Assembly: GCA_003559855.1 (NCBI GenBank) | Contig: PWJZ01000067.1 | Coordinates: forward strand, 66,195 to 130,194 | Source: Bacteroidales bacterium | Lineage (GTDB): Bacteria; Bacteroidota; Bacteroidia; Bacteroidales; UBA7960 | Length of the DNA: 64,000 nt | Direction of reading: 5' to 3' | In this document: positions 10,057 through 20,006 of the stretch, piece after piece | How positions within the stretch are numbered: the stretch's first letter is position 1 | How the letters are laid out: each line of letters starts with the position of its first letter | Position numbers and translations under genes: made by a program | Notes under the pieces: model-generated | The model's input: only the letters and a program-made list of their open reading frames with translations | What the model was told of the DNA's origin: nothing | Database searches by the model: none

Positions 10057-10431
10057 ATGTTTAAAGAAAACTTCTATTCCATAATACAAAAAGAAGATAG
10101 GGATGGTGAATTGCTTTACCGTATAAAGCTGAATTCCGATCATGCCATTTACAAAGGTCATTTTCCCGGGTTACCTGTTACACCGGGAGTATGCCAGCTT
10201 GCTATTGTCAAGGAGTGTCTTGAAGAGAGTTTGGGGAAAAGCCTGTTTTTGAAAAGTTCCAAAGATATCAAGTTTGCCCGGCTGAACAATCCGGATGATA
10301 ATGATAAGCTCCTGGTAAGGATCAATTTCAGCCGTCAGGAAAATGATGTATATAAAGTCAACGCCACAATAGTTGATGATAAAGAAAATGTAATTTTAAA
10401 ATTAAGAGGTGAGTTTAGTGACCGACTATAA
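10057..10431 (+). CDS. 3-hydroxyacyl-ACP dehydratase (FabA/FabZ/ApeI-like)
   Basis: GHFPGLPVTPGV motif. Confidence 0.9.
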   Translation: MFKENFYSIIQKEDRDGELLYRIKLNSDHAIYKGHFPGLPVTPGVCQLAIVKECLEESLGKSLFLKSSKDIKFARLNNPDDNDKLLVRINFSRQENDVYKVNATIVDDKENVILKLRGEFSDRL

Positions 10432-11581
10432 ACTTCAAGAAAAATTTGATTCTCTTAAATGTTGTGTTATTATACCTACTTATAATAATGCATCTACTTT
10501 GCCTGGTGTTATAAGCGGCGTATTGAAATTTACTTCCAGTGTAATTGTAGTCAATGACGGTTCTGATGATTCTACCGTTGAGGTGGTTTCGTCATTTCCG
10601 GGGGTGAGGCTGATTACACATTCGCGGAATCGTGGTAAGGGGGCAGCTTTACGGACCGGTTTTTCGGAAGCCTTGAAAGCCGGGTATGAATATGCTGTAA
10701 CTATTGACTCTGACGGGCAGCATATGCCCGGTGATATTCCGAAGTTTATAGATACCCTTGAAAAATCTCCCGGCGTTTTGATAGTCGGAGCGCGCAATAT
10801 GAAACAAGAATCCATACCGGCCACAAGTATCTTCGGACATAAGTTCAGCAACTTCTGGTACCGCGTTGAAACCGGCATAAAACTGCCCGACACGCAAACG
10901 GGCTTTCGCCTCTACCCCCTAAAAGCACTTAAAAATATGCGCTTTTATACAAATAAGTTTGAGTTTGAAATAGAAGTTCTGGTCAGAGCTACATGGAAGG
11001 GCATTCCAGTAACATATGTGCCGGTTAATGTATATTATGCACCCAAAAAACAACGTGTTTCACACTTTCGCCCGATAAGGGACTTCGCCAGGGTATCCAT
11101 GCTCAACACATGTTTGGTTTTGCTGGCAATATTTTATTTCAGACCACTGATGTTGTGGAGAGAAATTAAAAAGAAGGGATTAGCAGAAATAATGGGCAAA
11201 AACGAAAGCAATCACAAACTGGCTTCGGCAATAAGCTTCGGTGTGTTGATGGGAATAGTGCCGATATGGGGATACCAAACCGTAACAGCTATCTTTCTTG
11301 CCCACATTATGAAATTAAATAAGTTGATAGTGTTTTGGTCATGTAATATCAGCTTACCACCCGTTATGCCTTTCATTTTGTTTCTGAGTTTTAAAACGGG
11401 TGAGTTTTTCGTTGCCAACCCCATTGTGCTGTCATTCAATCCCGATTTATCTCTGCAGTCAATTACATTGGGATTAAAACAATATATAATAGGCGCGGTT
11501 ATATTTGCAATAACCGCTGCCGTAGTAACTTTTATTATTTCTTATTTGTTGCTCTCTTTGCGGAGAATGAAGAAGAAATGA
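10409..11581 (+). CDS. GT2 glycosyltransferase with C-terminal DUF2062 membrane domain
   Basis: IIPTYNN, VNDGS.D, NRGKG.A, DSDGQH, DTQTGFR motifs; hydrophobic C-terminus with G...GI.P.WG.Q. Confidence 0.92.
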   Translation: MSLVTDYKLQEKFDSLKCCVIIPTYNNASTLPGVISGVLKFTSSVIVVNDGSDDSTVEVVSSFPGVRLITHSRNRGKGAALRTGFSEALKAGYEYAVTIDSDGQHMPGDIPKFIDTLEKSPGVLIVGARNMKQESIPATSIFGHKFSNFWYRVETGIKLPDTQTGFRLYPLKALKNMRFYTNKFEFEIEVLVRATWKGIPVTYVPVNVYYAPKKQRVSHFRPIRDFARVSMLNTCLVLLAIFYFRPLMLWREIKKKGLAEIMGKNESNHKLASAISFGVLMGIVPIWGYQTVTAIFLAHIMKLNKLIVFWSCNISLPPVMPFILFLSFKTGEFFVANPIVLSFNPDLSLQSITLGLKQYIIGAVIFAITAAVVTFIISYLLLSLRRMKKK

Positions 11582-11879
11582 AAGGCCGGGTTGTTAGCAA
11601 ACAGCGTATATGTTATTATAAAAACCTTGCAACATAAGTGTTAAAAAAATTACAGGATTGAGCTATTTGTAAGAATTAATTTAAACACTAAAATGATTCA
11701 GTAAGAAAATTAAAATTTTAACCTTTGTGTACTCCTATATAACTTTTTTTTAAGTAATCTGTTTTTATTTTGGGGGTCACTCAGCCTTAACTCTTTGTGG
11801 TAAAAGACTAAACTATAAGGTACGCAAAGGAAATCCCAGAGGACGCAAAGATTCCGGAGTATAAAAAAAACAGACATAA

Positions 11880-14800
11880 ATGGGTAAGATTTTTGTTGCA
11901 ATATATAAATTCATTCGCAGGTTCAGGCCGGTAGTATTTGCTATTGTGGTTGCTTTTATTGTATTTGCACTATTCAACATAAGAAATATAACATTTTTTG
12001 ATGATTTCAGCGCTGTTTTTCCACAAAGCGATGAAATAGAAATTTATAATGAAGTAATATCAAATTCCACTTTTCTTGATCAGATCGTATTCAATGTTTA
12101 TCAGAAAGACACCTTGCTCGAAGCAGATCCCGTCATGTTGACCTCGGTGGCTTCAGAGCTTACCGACAGCATTGGTTATTATCTGAAACCGGGCTATGTC
12201 AGGTCAATAACATCGGGAGCTGACGAGCAGTTATTTTTGGATGCTTTTGAGCTGTTTTACCATAACATACCTTTTTACCTTGACAGTGCCGACTATCGCA
12301 AGCTTGATACGCTGCTCACGTACGAAGGCATAGAATCCAAAATGGAACAAAACTTCAGGTCGTTAATATCTCCTGTATCTATGGTGACCCGCGATTTTTT
12401 GCTTTACGACCCATTGCATATAGTAATGCCCAGGCTTGAGATATTAAAGGATGTTCAACTGGAGGAGGGGCTTGAGGTGTATAATAACTTTCTTATTACC
12501 GCGGATAAACGTAATGTTTTATTCTTTGTTTTACCCCATGATGCTCACAGTACAGCGGAAAACGAACATTTTGTCAGCGAACTGGAAAGAATAACCAAAG
12601 ACTTTGAAAAAGTTCATCCGGAGATTAAAATAGATTTTTATGGTTCGGTGCCGGTTGCAATTGCCAATACACGTCAAATAAAGGATGATATTAAGCTTAC
12701 GGTATCCATAGCCTTCGTTTTGCTGGTTTTTCTGATGCTTTTCTTTTTTCAGCGTGTACGTAGCATTTTGCTGATATTTGTTCCGGCGGTTGTCGGGGGT
12801 ATTATGGCATTGCTTTTTTTTGCTGTTTTCAAACCCGAAATATCTGCTTTGTCGCTTGCCATAGGTTCGGTGCTTTTAGGCATTACAGTTGATTTTTCGT
12901 TGCATTTTTTGACGCATCACAAGCACTCGGGTTTGTCGGAAAAGACCTTGAAAGCCATAGCCGAGCCGGTTATGATAAGTGGTTTTACCACCACAACGGC
13001 TTTTTTATGCCTGGTACTTATAACATCACCTGCATTGAGAGACCTTGCTGTTTTTGCCTCCGTAGCTGTTATCGGTGCCGCAATTGGCGCCCTGATATTT
13101 ATACCGCAACTTGTAAAAAACAAACAATACACCGAAGGAAAGTTATACAGGCGAACCTTCATTGAAAAAATAGCCGAATTCGAATTCCAGAATGTAAAGC
13201 CCCTGGTGATCACGATACTGGTAGTTTCGGTTTTTTTATTGTATTTTACTCAATATACCGGCTTTGAGGAAAACATTGAAGAGTCGGGTTATATGACTGA
13301 AGAGCTGGCAGCAGCTGATAAAAGGCTTAAGCAGATCTCCGATGTTACGGAAACAACGGTTTATGTTATGGCGGAAGGAAAAACCCTTGATGAATCGCTT
13401 GAACATAACAGAAAAATAGTCGGAGAATTGCAAAAGCTGCAGGGCGAAAATGTTTTCGAAGCTTACTATTCCGTTTCGCGCATAATACCGTCAAAGAAAA
13501 TTCAGAAAGAAAATATCGGGATGTGGGAAGATTTCTGGACGGATGAAAGGATAAGCGAAGTTAAACAGTATATGCGTAAGGCCGGCGGCAAGTTTCATTT
13601 CAATGAAAAAGCATATCAGGGTTTTTTCCGGATGATAGAGAAGGATTATGATGTTGTTTCGCCGGAAGAGCTTGCCAAAAAAATGGAACTGATCACCGAA
13701 AATTTCATCATCCATACTCCAAACCGTGTTATGGTGGCAAATCTGATAAGAGCCGGTGAGGAAGAAATTAAAAAGGCAGTTAATAAACACTTAAGCGGCA
13801 AAGAAAATACCCTTGTCTTTGATAAAAGATCAATAGCACAGAGCCTTTTTGAATTACTGAAAAATGATTTTAACCGGTTCATTGGTGTGTCGCTTTTGGT
13901 TGTTTTCCTTATAATACTTTTTTTCCTTGGCAGGATAGAGCTTGCTGCAATCACATTCCTCCCTATGGCATTGAGCTGGGGATGGACAATAGGCATAATG
14001 GGTCTGTTTGATATCAAATTCAACATTTTCAATGTTATAATTTCGGCTTTTATATTCGGGCTTGGTATAGACTATTCCATATTTGTCACGAAAGGTTTGT
14101 TGCACAGGTATAAATTCGGCTCAAAAAACATCATTTCCTATAAAAGTTCAATACTGTTATCGTGCATCAGCACTCTTATAGGGTTAGGAGTGCTGATTTT
14201 GGCCAAACATCCGGCACTAAAATCCATCGCCCTGCTATCTGTCATAGGTATAAGTTCGGTGGTGCTGATAGCATTTACCGTACAACCGCTTTTGTTTGAC
14301 AAGCTGTTTTATTTCAAAGGTAAAAAGAGGAGAAACCCGATAAGTTTTTTCAGAATGGTGATAACAGCCATGGGGTTTTTTTATTTCGGTCTTGTTTCGA
14401 TACTGCTGTCAATATTGATCTTGTTTTTTAAATTATTGCCCGTTAAGGTTTCAAAGAAAAAATACTGGTACAGGTGTTTGGCTTGCTTTGCGTGTAAAAT
14501 ATTGATGAACGTATCGGATCTTTTTATTCCCAAAAAAGTTGAAGGTATAAACAAAAGAACATTTGAAAAACCTTCAGTTATAATCAGCAATCATCAATCG
14601 TTGCTGGATTTATTGCGTTTTATGTCTTTTACCCCGAAAATTGTAATAATGGTATCGGGCTGGGTATGGAATAATTTTTTCACAGGTCAGTTGGTCAGGT
14701 ATGCCGGTCATATAAATGTTGAAAGAAATTACAGAGATACCCTTCCGGCTTTAAGGAGAGCGCTGGAGGAAGGAAATTCGATACTGATATTTCCGGAGGG

Positions 14801-15728
14801 TACCAGGACGCGAACCGGAAAGATCAGAAGATTCCACAAAGGGGCTTTTTATTTTGCCGAACAGCTTAAAGCGGATATTACGGCAATAATATTTCACGGT
14901 TACTATGAAATACTGCCGCCCGGATGTTATGTAGGCCGGTTTTACCAAGTGAATTACCGCCTTTTGGGCAGGTTCCGGTATGATAAGTTTGGAGACAACT
15001 ATTCCCAAAGGGCTAAAGCTTATTGCAGTATGTACAGGAGTGAGTTTGAAAAGATCAGGGAAGAAGAACGAAACACAGAGTTCTACCGGAATGAGCTGCT
15101 CAACAAGTACAGGTTTAAAGGACCGGTAATGGAATATTATGTAAAAATCAAACTTAAGCTTGAAAATAATTATAAATTGTTTGATGAATTGATACCACGC
15201 AATGCAAAAATTTTTGATGGAGGATGCGGAATGGGAATGTTGGCAAATATGCTTTCACTTACCGGAAAAGACAGATTTATAAAAGGAGTTGATTATGATG
15301 AAGAAAAAATAGATGTTGCAAGGTATACTCTTTCCGAAGAACAGAATAATATTGATTTCGAATGTGCTGACATTACCTTTTATCAACCCGGCTTTTACGA
15401 TGTTTTTATACTTTATGACGTTTTGCATTATATATCAACCGAAAGGCAGAAGCAATTAATAGAAAAATACATTGACAGGCTCAACCCCGGAGGAATGGTC
15501 ATAATAAGAGAGGGAAACAAAGATATCAGGAAAAAACATACATTGACGGTTCTTTCAGAGTTCTTTTCAACAGGATTTGGATTTAATAAAACGAAACATA
15601 AATTATCTTTTATCTCGGGTTCAATGATCCAACAAATAGCAGAGGAGAAAAATATGAGTTTTCAGGTCAAAGATTATTTAAAAGCTACTTCCAACCAGGT
15701 TTTCATTTTAAGAAATAATGCGGTATGA
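11880..15728 (+). CDS. Trifunctional MMPL/RND transporter - PlsC-type acyltransferase - class I SAM methyltransferase
   Basis: Two MMPL TM blocks (GITVDF, GLGIDY); NHQSLLD and FPEGTR acyltransferase motifs; DGGCGMG SAM-binding motif. Confidence 0.92.
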   Translation: MGKIFVAIYKFIRRFRPVVFAIVVAFIVFALFNIRNITFFDDFSAVFPQSDEIEIYNEVISNSTFLDQIVFNVYQKDTLLEADPVMLTSVASELTDSIGYYLKPGYVRSITSGADEQLFLDAFELFYHNIPFYLDSADYRKLDTLLTYEGIESKMEQNFRSLISPVSMVTRDFLLYDPLHIVMPRLEILKDVQLEEGLEVYNNFLITADKRNVLFFVLPHDAHSTAENEHFVSELERITKDFEKVHPEIKIDFYGSVPVAIANTRQIKDDIKLTVSIAFVLLVFLMLFFFQRVRSILLIFVPAVVGGIMALLFFAVFKPEISALSLAIGSVLLGITVDFSLHFLTHHKHSGLSEKTLKAIAEPVMISGFTTTTAFLCLVLITSPALRDLAVFASVAVIGAAIGALIFIPQLVKNKQYTEGKLYRRTFIEKIAEFEFQNVKPLVITILVVSVFLLYFTQYTGFEENIEESGYMTEELAAADKRLKQISDVTETTVYVMAEGKTLDESLEHNRKIVGELQKLQGENVFEAYYSVSRIIPSKKIQKENIGMWEDFWTDERISEVKQYMRKAGGKFHFNEKAYQGFFRMIEKDYDVVSPEELAKKMELITENFIIHTPNRVMVANLIRAGEEEIKKAVNKHLSGKENTLVFDKRSIAQSLFELLKNDFNRFIGVSLLVVFLIILFFLGRIELAAITFLPMALSWGWTIGIMGLFDIKFNIFNVIISAFIFGLGIDYSIFVTKGLLHRYKFGSKNIISYKSSILLSCISTLIGLGVLILAKHPALKSIALLSVIGISSVVLIAFTVQPLLFDKLFYFKGKKRRNPISFFRMVITAMGFFYFGLVSILLSILILFFKLLPVKVSKKKYWYRCLACFACKILMNVSDLFIPKKVEGINKRTFEKPSVIISNHQSLLDLLRFMSFTPKIVIMVSGWVWNNFFTGQLVRYAGHINVERNYRDTLPALRRALEEGNSILIFPEGTRTRTGKIRRFHKGAFYFAEQLKADITAIIFHGYYEILPPGCYVGRFYQVNYRLLGRFRYDKFGDNYSQRAKAYCSMYRSEFEKIREEERNTEFYRNELLNKYRFKGPVMEYYVKIKLKLENNYKLFDELIPRNAKIFDGGCGMGMLANMLSLTGKDRFIKGVDYDEEKIDVARYTLSEEQNNIDFECADITFYQPGFYDVFILYDVLHYISTERQKQLIEKYIDRLNPGGMVIIREGNKDIRKKHTLTVLSEFFSTGFGFNKTKHKLSFISGSMIQQIAEEKNMSFQVKDYLKATSNQVFILRNNAV

Positions 15729-15852
15729 TAATTGATGATAAATTATCAACTTAAATAACAAAGTGTTAGGGTTCAGTGGCTTAAAAACCAAAAATGGCAT
15801 TTTTTATCTATTATAATATATTCAAAAATCGAATATTTAATTTTTTATACTA

Positions 15853-16386
15853 ATGCAATACTTCAACAATAAAGCGTTAATAAGAATATTGAAAGCCTTT
15901 ATTCTGCTGCTGTTTTTAACGGGCTTTTCTTCAGGCAGCATGGCTTCGATACATGAACATTTTACCGCCAACAAATATTTTAACGGTGAGTATATCAGCG
16001 TTATTAATGATAGTCTTAAGTTACATTTTAAAACATCGGGCGATTTTGATTTTATCAGTGATAAAAGAATTGTAAGCAAACGCATACGCAAACACCTGCC
16101 GTTTACACCTGAAAATGTAATCGTTTATGGTTTAAGCCGTAATGAGTTGAATTATGAGCTTTGGATAACGGTAAACCCTGTTGATAAACCTATCCGCACA
16201 GTTCCTGAGAATGATAAAATTGCTTTTTCAAATATAATTTCGGAAGGGCTTCATTTTCGATTTTACGCTATAGCCGAAAGGCAGGAGGATATTGATATGA
16301 TAAGGCAGGATTTAAAAAAAATATTAAATACATTAAAAACCGGGGAAAGTTATTTGCAGGATATACCGGGATCGGATAATTTATAG
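15853..16386 (+). CDS. Hypothetical secreted protein
   Basis: 177-aa ORF with a signal-peptide-like N-terminus; no motif recognised. Confidence 0.6.
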   Translation: MQYFNNKALIRILKAFILLLFLTGFSSGSMASIHEHFTANKYFNGEYISVINDSLKLHFKTSGDFDFISDKRIVSKRIRKHLPFTPENVIVYGLSRNELNYELWITVNPVDKPIRTVPENDKIAFSNIISEGLHFRFYAIAERQEDIDMIRQDLKKILNTLKTGESYLQDIPGSDNL

Positions 16387-16424
16387 TATATTAAGACTTG
16401 CTAAAGCCTGCCTGCAAAAATTAC

Positions 16425-16432
16425 TAAATTTG
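16425..16432 (+). promoter_or_regulatory. Bacteroidota -7 promoter box upstream of the oxidoreductase-C45-ligase genes
   Basis: TAAATTTG followed by CA. Confidence 0.5.
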
Positions 16433-16566
16433 CATTTTCTTTTATTGAAGGCCGGTTATGAGGGAAAGTTATGGTGCATCAGTTTTGCTGATAACAGGCA
16501 ATTTTCGTACAGCAAGTCGGAAGTCATCACATATTACCCGTTTTTCTATATCAAAAAATCAAACAT

Positions 16567-18093
16567 ATGGACAGAAATCCCCATATACTGATCATCGGCA
16601 GCGGCCTGGGAGGGTTGATTTGCGGGTATATTCTTTCGAGGGAAGGGTTTAAGGTGACCATCCTTGAAAAGCATCACAAATTTGGCGGTAACCTGCAAAC
16701 GTTCAGAAGAAACGGCGTGGAGTTCGACACGGGTATGCATTATGTCGGCAGCCTCGACAAAGGACAGGTGTTGCATAAGTTTTTCAATTATTTCGGACTT
16801 TTGGGAAAGGTTAAATACCGTAGGCTTGATGAAAACGGTTTCGACCGCATATTTATAAAAGACAATGAATATCCTTACGCAATGGGGTATGATAATTTTG
16901 TGGAAACCGCTGCTAAATATTTCCCCGGCAAGTATAACACACTGAAGGCATACGGTAAAAAGATCAGGCAGGTGGCACAAGGTATAGATCCTTACAATCT
17001 GAGGGAGGTTGATATGTCGCAAATATTTAATGTTGACTCTCTCAATGAAAATGTTTTTTCTCACTTAAGGACTCTCACTTCTGATCAAAGACTACAGAAT
17101 TACTTTTCAGCCTTGAATATTTTGTATGCTGGCGAGAGGGATAAAACCTCCATGTATGTTCATGCGCTCATCAATAATCATTACATAGAAAGCGCTTACC
17201 GGTTTGTTGACGGAAGCGGGCAGGTAGCTGATGCATTCGTTGAAAACATCGAAAATAACGGTGGTGAAGCATTTAAAAACAGTGAAGTGATGAAGTTTAT
17301 CTTTGATGATAAGAAAAAGATCAAAGCTGTGAAAACATGTTCAGGCGAATTGTTTCATGCTGATTTTTTCATATCCAACATGCATCCTTACAATACCATA
17401 AAGCTTGTTCCACCGGGTTTGGTGAGAAAGGTTTACAGGAAGCGTTTGCAGAGATTACCCAACACCATATCTTCATTTGCGATATATGCGGTTCTAAAAG
17501 AAAGGGCGATGGGATATCTCAATTCTAATTATTACTGTCATAAGGATGATGATGTGTGGGCAGCCGGGAATTATGATAAAGACCGGTTTCCGCAGTATTT
17601 TGGGATGTATCCGCTGGCTGATACTATTGATGAAAAGTTTACACGGGGTTTTTCGATAATGACATATATGGATTACGATGAGGTTAAACCATGGGAGAAC
17701 ACTGTTTCAAGAAACAGGGGTGAAGATTATGAGGCTTTTAAAGAGGAAAAGGCGCAAAAGTTGCTGGACTTTGTAGAGACGAGGTTTCCGGGCATCAGAA
17801 ATAAAATAAAGGTTTATTATACATCAACACCGCTGACCCTGAGGGATTATACAGCAACCCGCAGGGGCAGTATCTTCGGTATTATGCGCGATTGCAATAA
17901 ACCCTATGAAAGCTATATTTTCCCCCGCACCAAAGTGCCAAACCTCTATCTTACAGGTCAAAACCTCAACCTGCACGGAATGTTGGGAGTGTCTATAAGC
18001 GGCCTGCTGACTTGCGGGGAATTCGTCGGGGTTAATTATATAATCAGGAAAATTAATGAGGAATATGATAAGGAAATTAATGCACATGTGTAA
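16567..18093 (+). CDS. FAD-dependent oxidoreductase, phytoene desaturase/retinol saturase-like
   Basis: GSGLGG Rossmann motif, EK...FGG...TF.R.G.EFDTGMHY, C-terminal TPLT...G..FG and LYLTGQ...HG..GV. Confidence 0.9.
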   Translation: MDRNPHILIIGSGLGGLICGYILSREGFKVTILEKHHKFGGNLQTFRRNGVEFDTGMHYVGSLDKGQVLHKFFNYFGLLGKVKYRRLDENGFDRIFIKDNEYPYAMGYDNFVETAAKYFPGKYNTLKAYGKKIRQVAQGIDPYNLREVDMSQIFNVDSLNENVFSHLRTLTSDQRLQNYFSALNILYAGERDKTSMYVHALINNHYIESAYRFVDGSGQVADAFVENIENNGGEAFKNSEVMKFIFDDKKKIKAVKTCSGELFHADFFISNMHPYNTIKLVPPGLVRKVYRKRLQRLPNTISSFAIYAVLKERAMGYLNSNYYCHKDDDVWAAGNYDKDRFPQYFGMYPLADTIDEKFTRGFSIMTYMDYDEVKPWENTVSRNRGEDYEAFKEEKAQKLLDFVETRFPGIRNKIKVYYTSTPLTLRDYTATRRGSIFGIMRDCNKPYESYIFPRTKVPNLYLTGQNLNLHGMLGVSISGLLTCGEFVGVNYIIRKINEEYDKEINAHV

Positions 18094-18163
18094 TTTAAGA
18101 GATAACCGGTAACCGGTATCGGTAATCGGTATTAAATATTCTAAATTCAATGATTTTGTTATG

Positions 18164-18311
18164 ATGAAACCCTCATTAACTAAACGTTCACAAAAGAACA
18201 TGAACTTAGCGATAGCGATCTCGTGACCGAAGGGAACAATAAAGCATGAGGGTTCCATGGGTTAAGAACTAAAAACGCAAATATTAATAAATATACTTTG
18301 TTAGAAATCAG
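18164..18311 (+). repeat. Dispersed structured repeat family A, copy 1
   Basis: Core bounded by ATGAAACCCTCAT...ATGAGGGTTCCAT; shares the exact 20-mer CATGGGTTAAGAACTAAAAA with the reverse complement of 33307-33489. Confidence 0.85.
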
Positions 18312-18334
18312 TACGTTAAATACATTTTATACAA

Positions 18335-20002
18335 ATGAAAATTTTTTTTAAAATCCTGAAGTACACAGTTATAATCATTGTTGCAATTATACTTTTTATT
18401 GCTTTCTATCTGAGTGTGGTCACACGTGTTACTCCGCCGGAAGTGGAGGAGATTACTTTGGAAGCCCTTGTTGAAGTTGATGGCAGGCGAATGATAGGCA
18501 GTAGCTGGCTGCAGCAGAATGAATTTGGGTTGTGGGAGATGTACGTTGAGGGGGAAGCTTATGAAAGGGGCAGGATATCCGGGGAGCTTGCCAAAGACCT
18601 TGTGAGGTATCAGGAAGAGGTGTTTGTAGAGCAGATTACAAGGGTCGTACCATCAAGGATATACCTGCACTTTCTGAGGATAATGATAGGCTACTTTAAC
18701 AGGAACCTCGACAATCATATTCCCGAAGAATATCTTAAAGAGATCTACGGCATTTCCAAATCCGCCTCCGATGATTTTAATTATATTGGAAGACCTTATA
18801 CCAGAATGATGAATTATCACGCTGCACATGATATAGGGCATGCGTTGCTCGATTATGAGCTTGTAGATGATATTGACCTGCAGCTTGGATGCACCTCATT
18901 TGCAGCATGGAATAATAAAACCGCTGATGGTAGAATGATTGCCGGTCGTAATTTTGATTTTTATTTTGGTGAAGAATTTGCTGAGAATATTATCGTCAAA
19001 TTTGTCAGACCTGAAAAAGGTATTCCTTTCGGTTTTATAACCTGGGGTGGTATGATAGGTGTAGTGTCGGGGATGAACATCGAAGGGCTGGCAGTTACTA
19101 TTAACGCGGGCAAATCTCATTTGCCGGCATCTTCTTCAACACCCGTAACGATAGTGGCAAGAGATATCCTGCAGTATGCATCAAATATCGAAGAAGCATG
19201 TGCTATTGCCGAAAAGCACCAGGTCTTTGTGAGCGAATCGTTCATGATCACTTCTGCCAAAGACAACATGAGCGTGATAATTGAAAAATCACCCCAAAAA
19301 TCAGGGCTGGTCGTGCCCGATACCACTTTTATACTCTGTACAAACCATTTTCAGTCCGAAACTTTTGCCTCTGATGAAATAAACCTTAAGCATATGAAAG
19401 AAACAGCTACAGCTTATCGCTTCAAAAGACTCAAAGAGCTTGTTGAACAAAAAGGTGAACTGACAGTCTGTGATGTTTCCGCTATTTTACGCAACTTCAG
19501 GGGATTAAGTGGTGAGGATATAGGCATAGGTAACGAAAAAACAATCAACCAGTTTATTGCACACCACGCAATAATTTTCAGACCTGACAAAAGAAAATTT
19601 ATGGTATCAACCAGACCCTATATCATGGGGCCTTTTATTGAATATGATATGAATAAAATATTCGATAGTGAGATAGAGAATATCAGCAGGAAGAAGATCC
19701 CAAAGGATACTTTCCTGTTGTCGGAACAGTTTAAGTTATTCGAAGATTATCAAAGGCTTTACGATAAGATAAACCGCTCTATTGCTGGCAATGAAATTGT
19801 TTGTAATGACACCATTTCATATTTTATAACTACCAACGAAAACTTTTTCAAAACTTACAAGCTGGCGGGCAACTATTACAAATCGCGGGGTGATTGTGAA
19901 AGCGCGGTCAAATATTATAAGATTGGATTGAACAAAGAAATTGATAACTTTGCTTTCAGAAGGGCCATTAAAAGGCAGATGGAAGAATGTGAAAAGAGAT
20001 AA
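18335..20002 (+). CDS. C45 family autoproteolytic acyltransferase (Ntn hydrolase), membrane anchored
   Basis: Nucleophile context LG|CTSF, GRNFDF, SGMN.EGL, CTNHF; N-terminal TM. Confidence 0.9.
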   Translation: MKIFFKILKYTVIIIVAIILFIAFYLSVVTRVTPPEVEEITLEALVEVDGRRMIGSSWLQQNEFGLWEMYVEGEAYERGRISGELAKDLVRYQEEVFVEQITRVVPSRIYLHFLRIMIGYFNRNLDNHIPEEYLKEIYGISKSASDDFNYIGRPYTRMMNYHAAHDIGHALLDYELVDDIDLQLGCTSFAAWNNKTADGRMIAGRNFDFYFGEEFAENIIVKFVRPEKGIPFGFITWGGMIGVVSGMNIEGLAVTINAGKSHLPASSSTPVTIVARDILQYASNIEEACAIAEKHQVFVSESFMITSAKDNMSVIIEKSPQKSGLVVPDTTFILCTNHFQSETFASDEINLKHMKETATAYRFKRLKELVEQKGELTVCDVSAILRNFRGLSGEDIGIGNEKTINQFIAHHAIIFRPDKRKFMVSTRPYIMGPFIEYDMNKIFDSEIENISRKKIPKDTFLLSEQFKLFEDYQRLYDKINRSIAGNEIVCNDTISYFITTNENFFKTYKLAGNYYKSRGDCESAVKYYKIGLNKEIDNFAFRRAIKRQMEECEKR

Positions 20003-20006
20003 TATC

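Noticed and set aside
11815-11870. GGACGCAAAG...CCGGAG resembling a c-di-GMP-I riboswitch
   Set aside because: Lacks the upstream GGCAAAC/GNRA stem; ACGCAAAG recurs as a periodic repeat, also near 9750.
16567-18093. Carotenoid pathway (crtI)
   Set aside because: No crtB/crtE/crtY nearby; this family is a regular member of flexirubin-type clusters.
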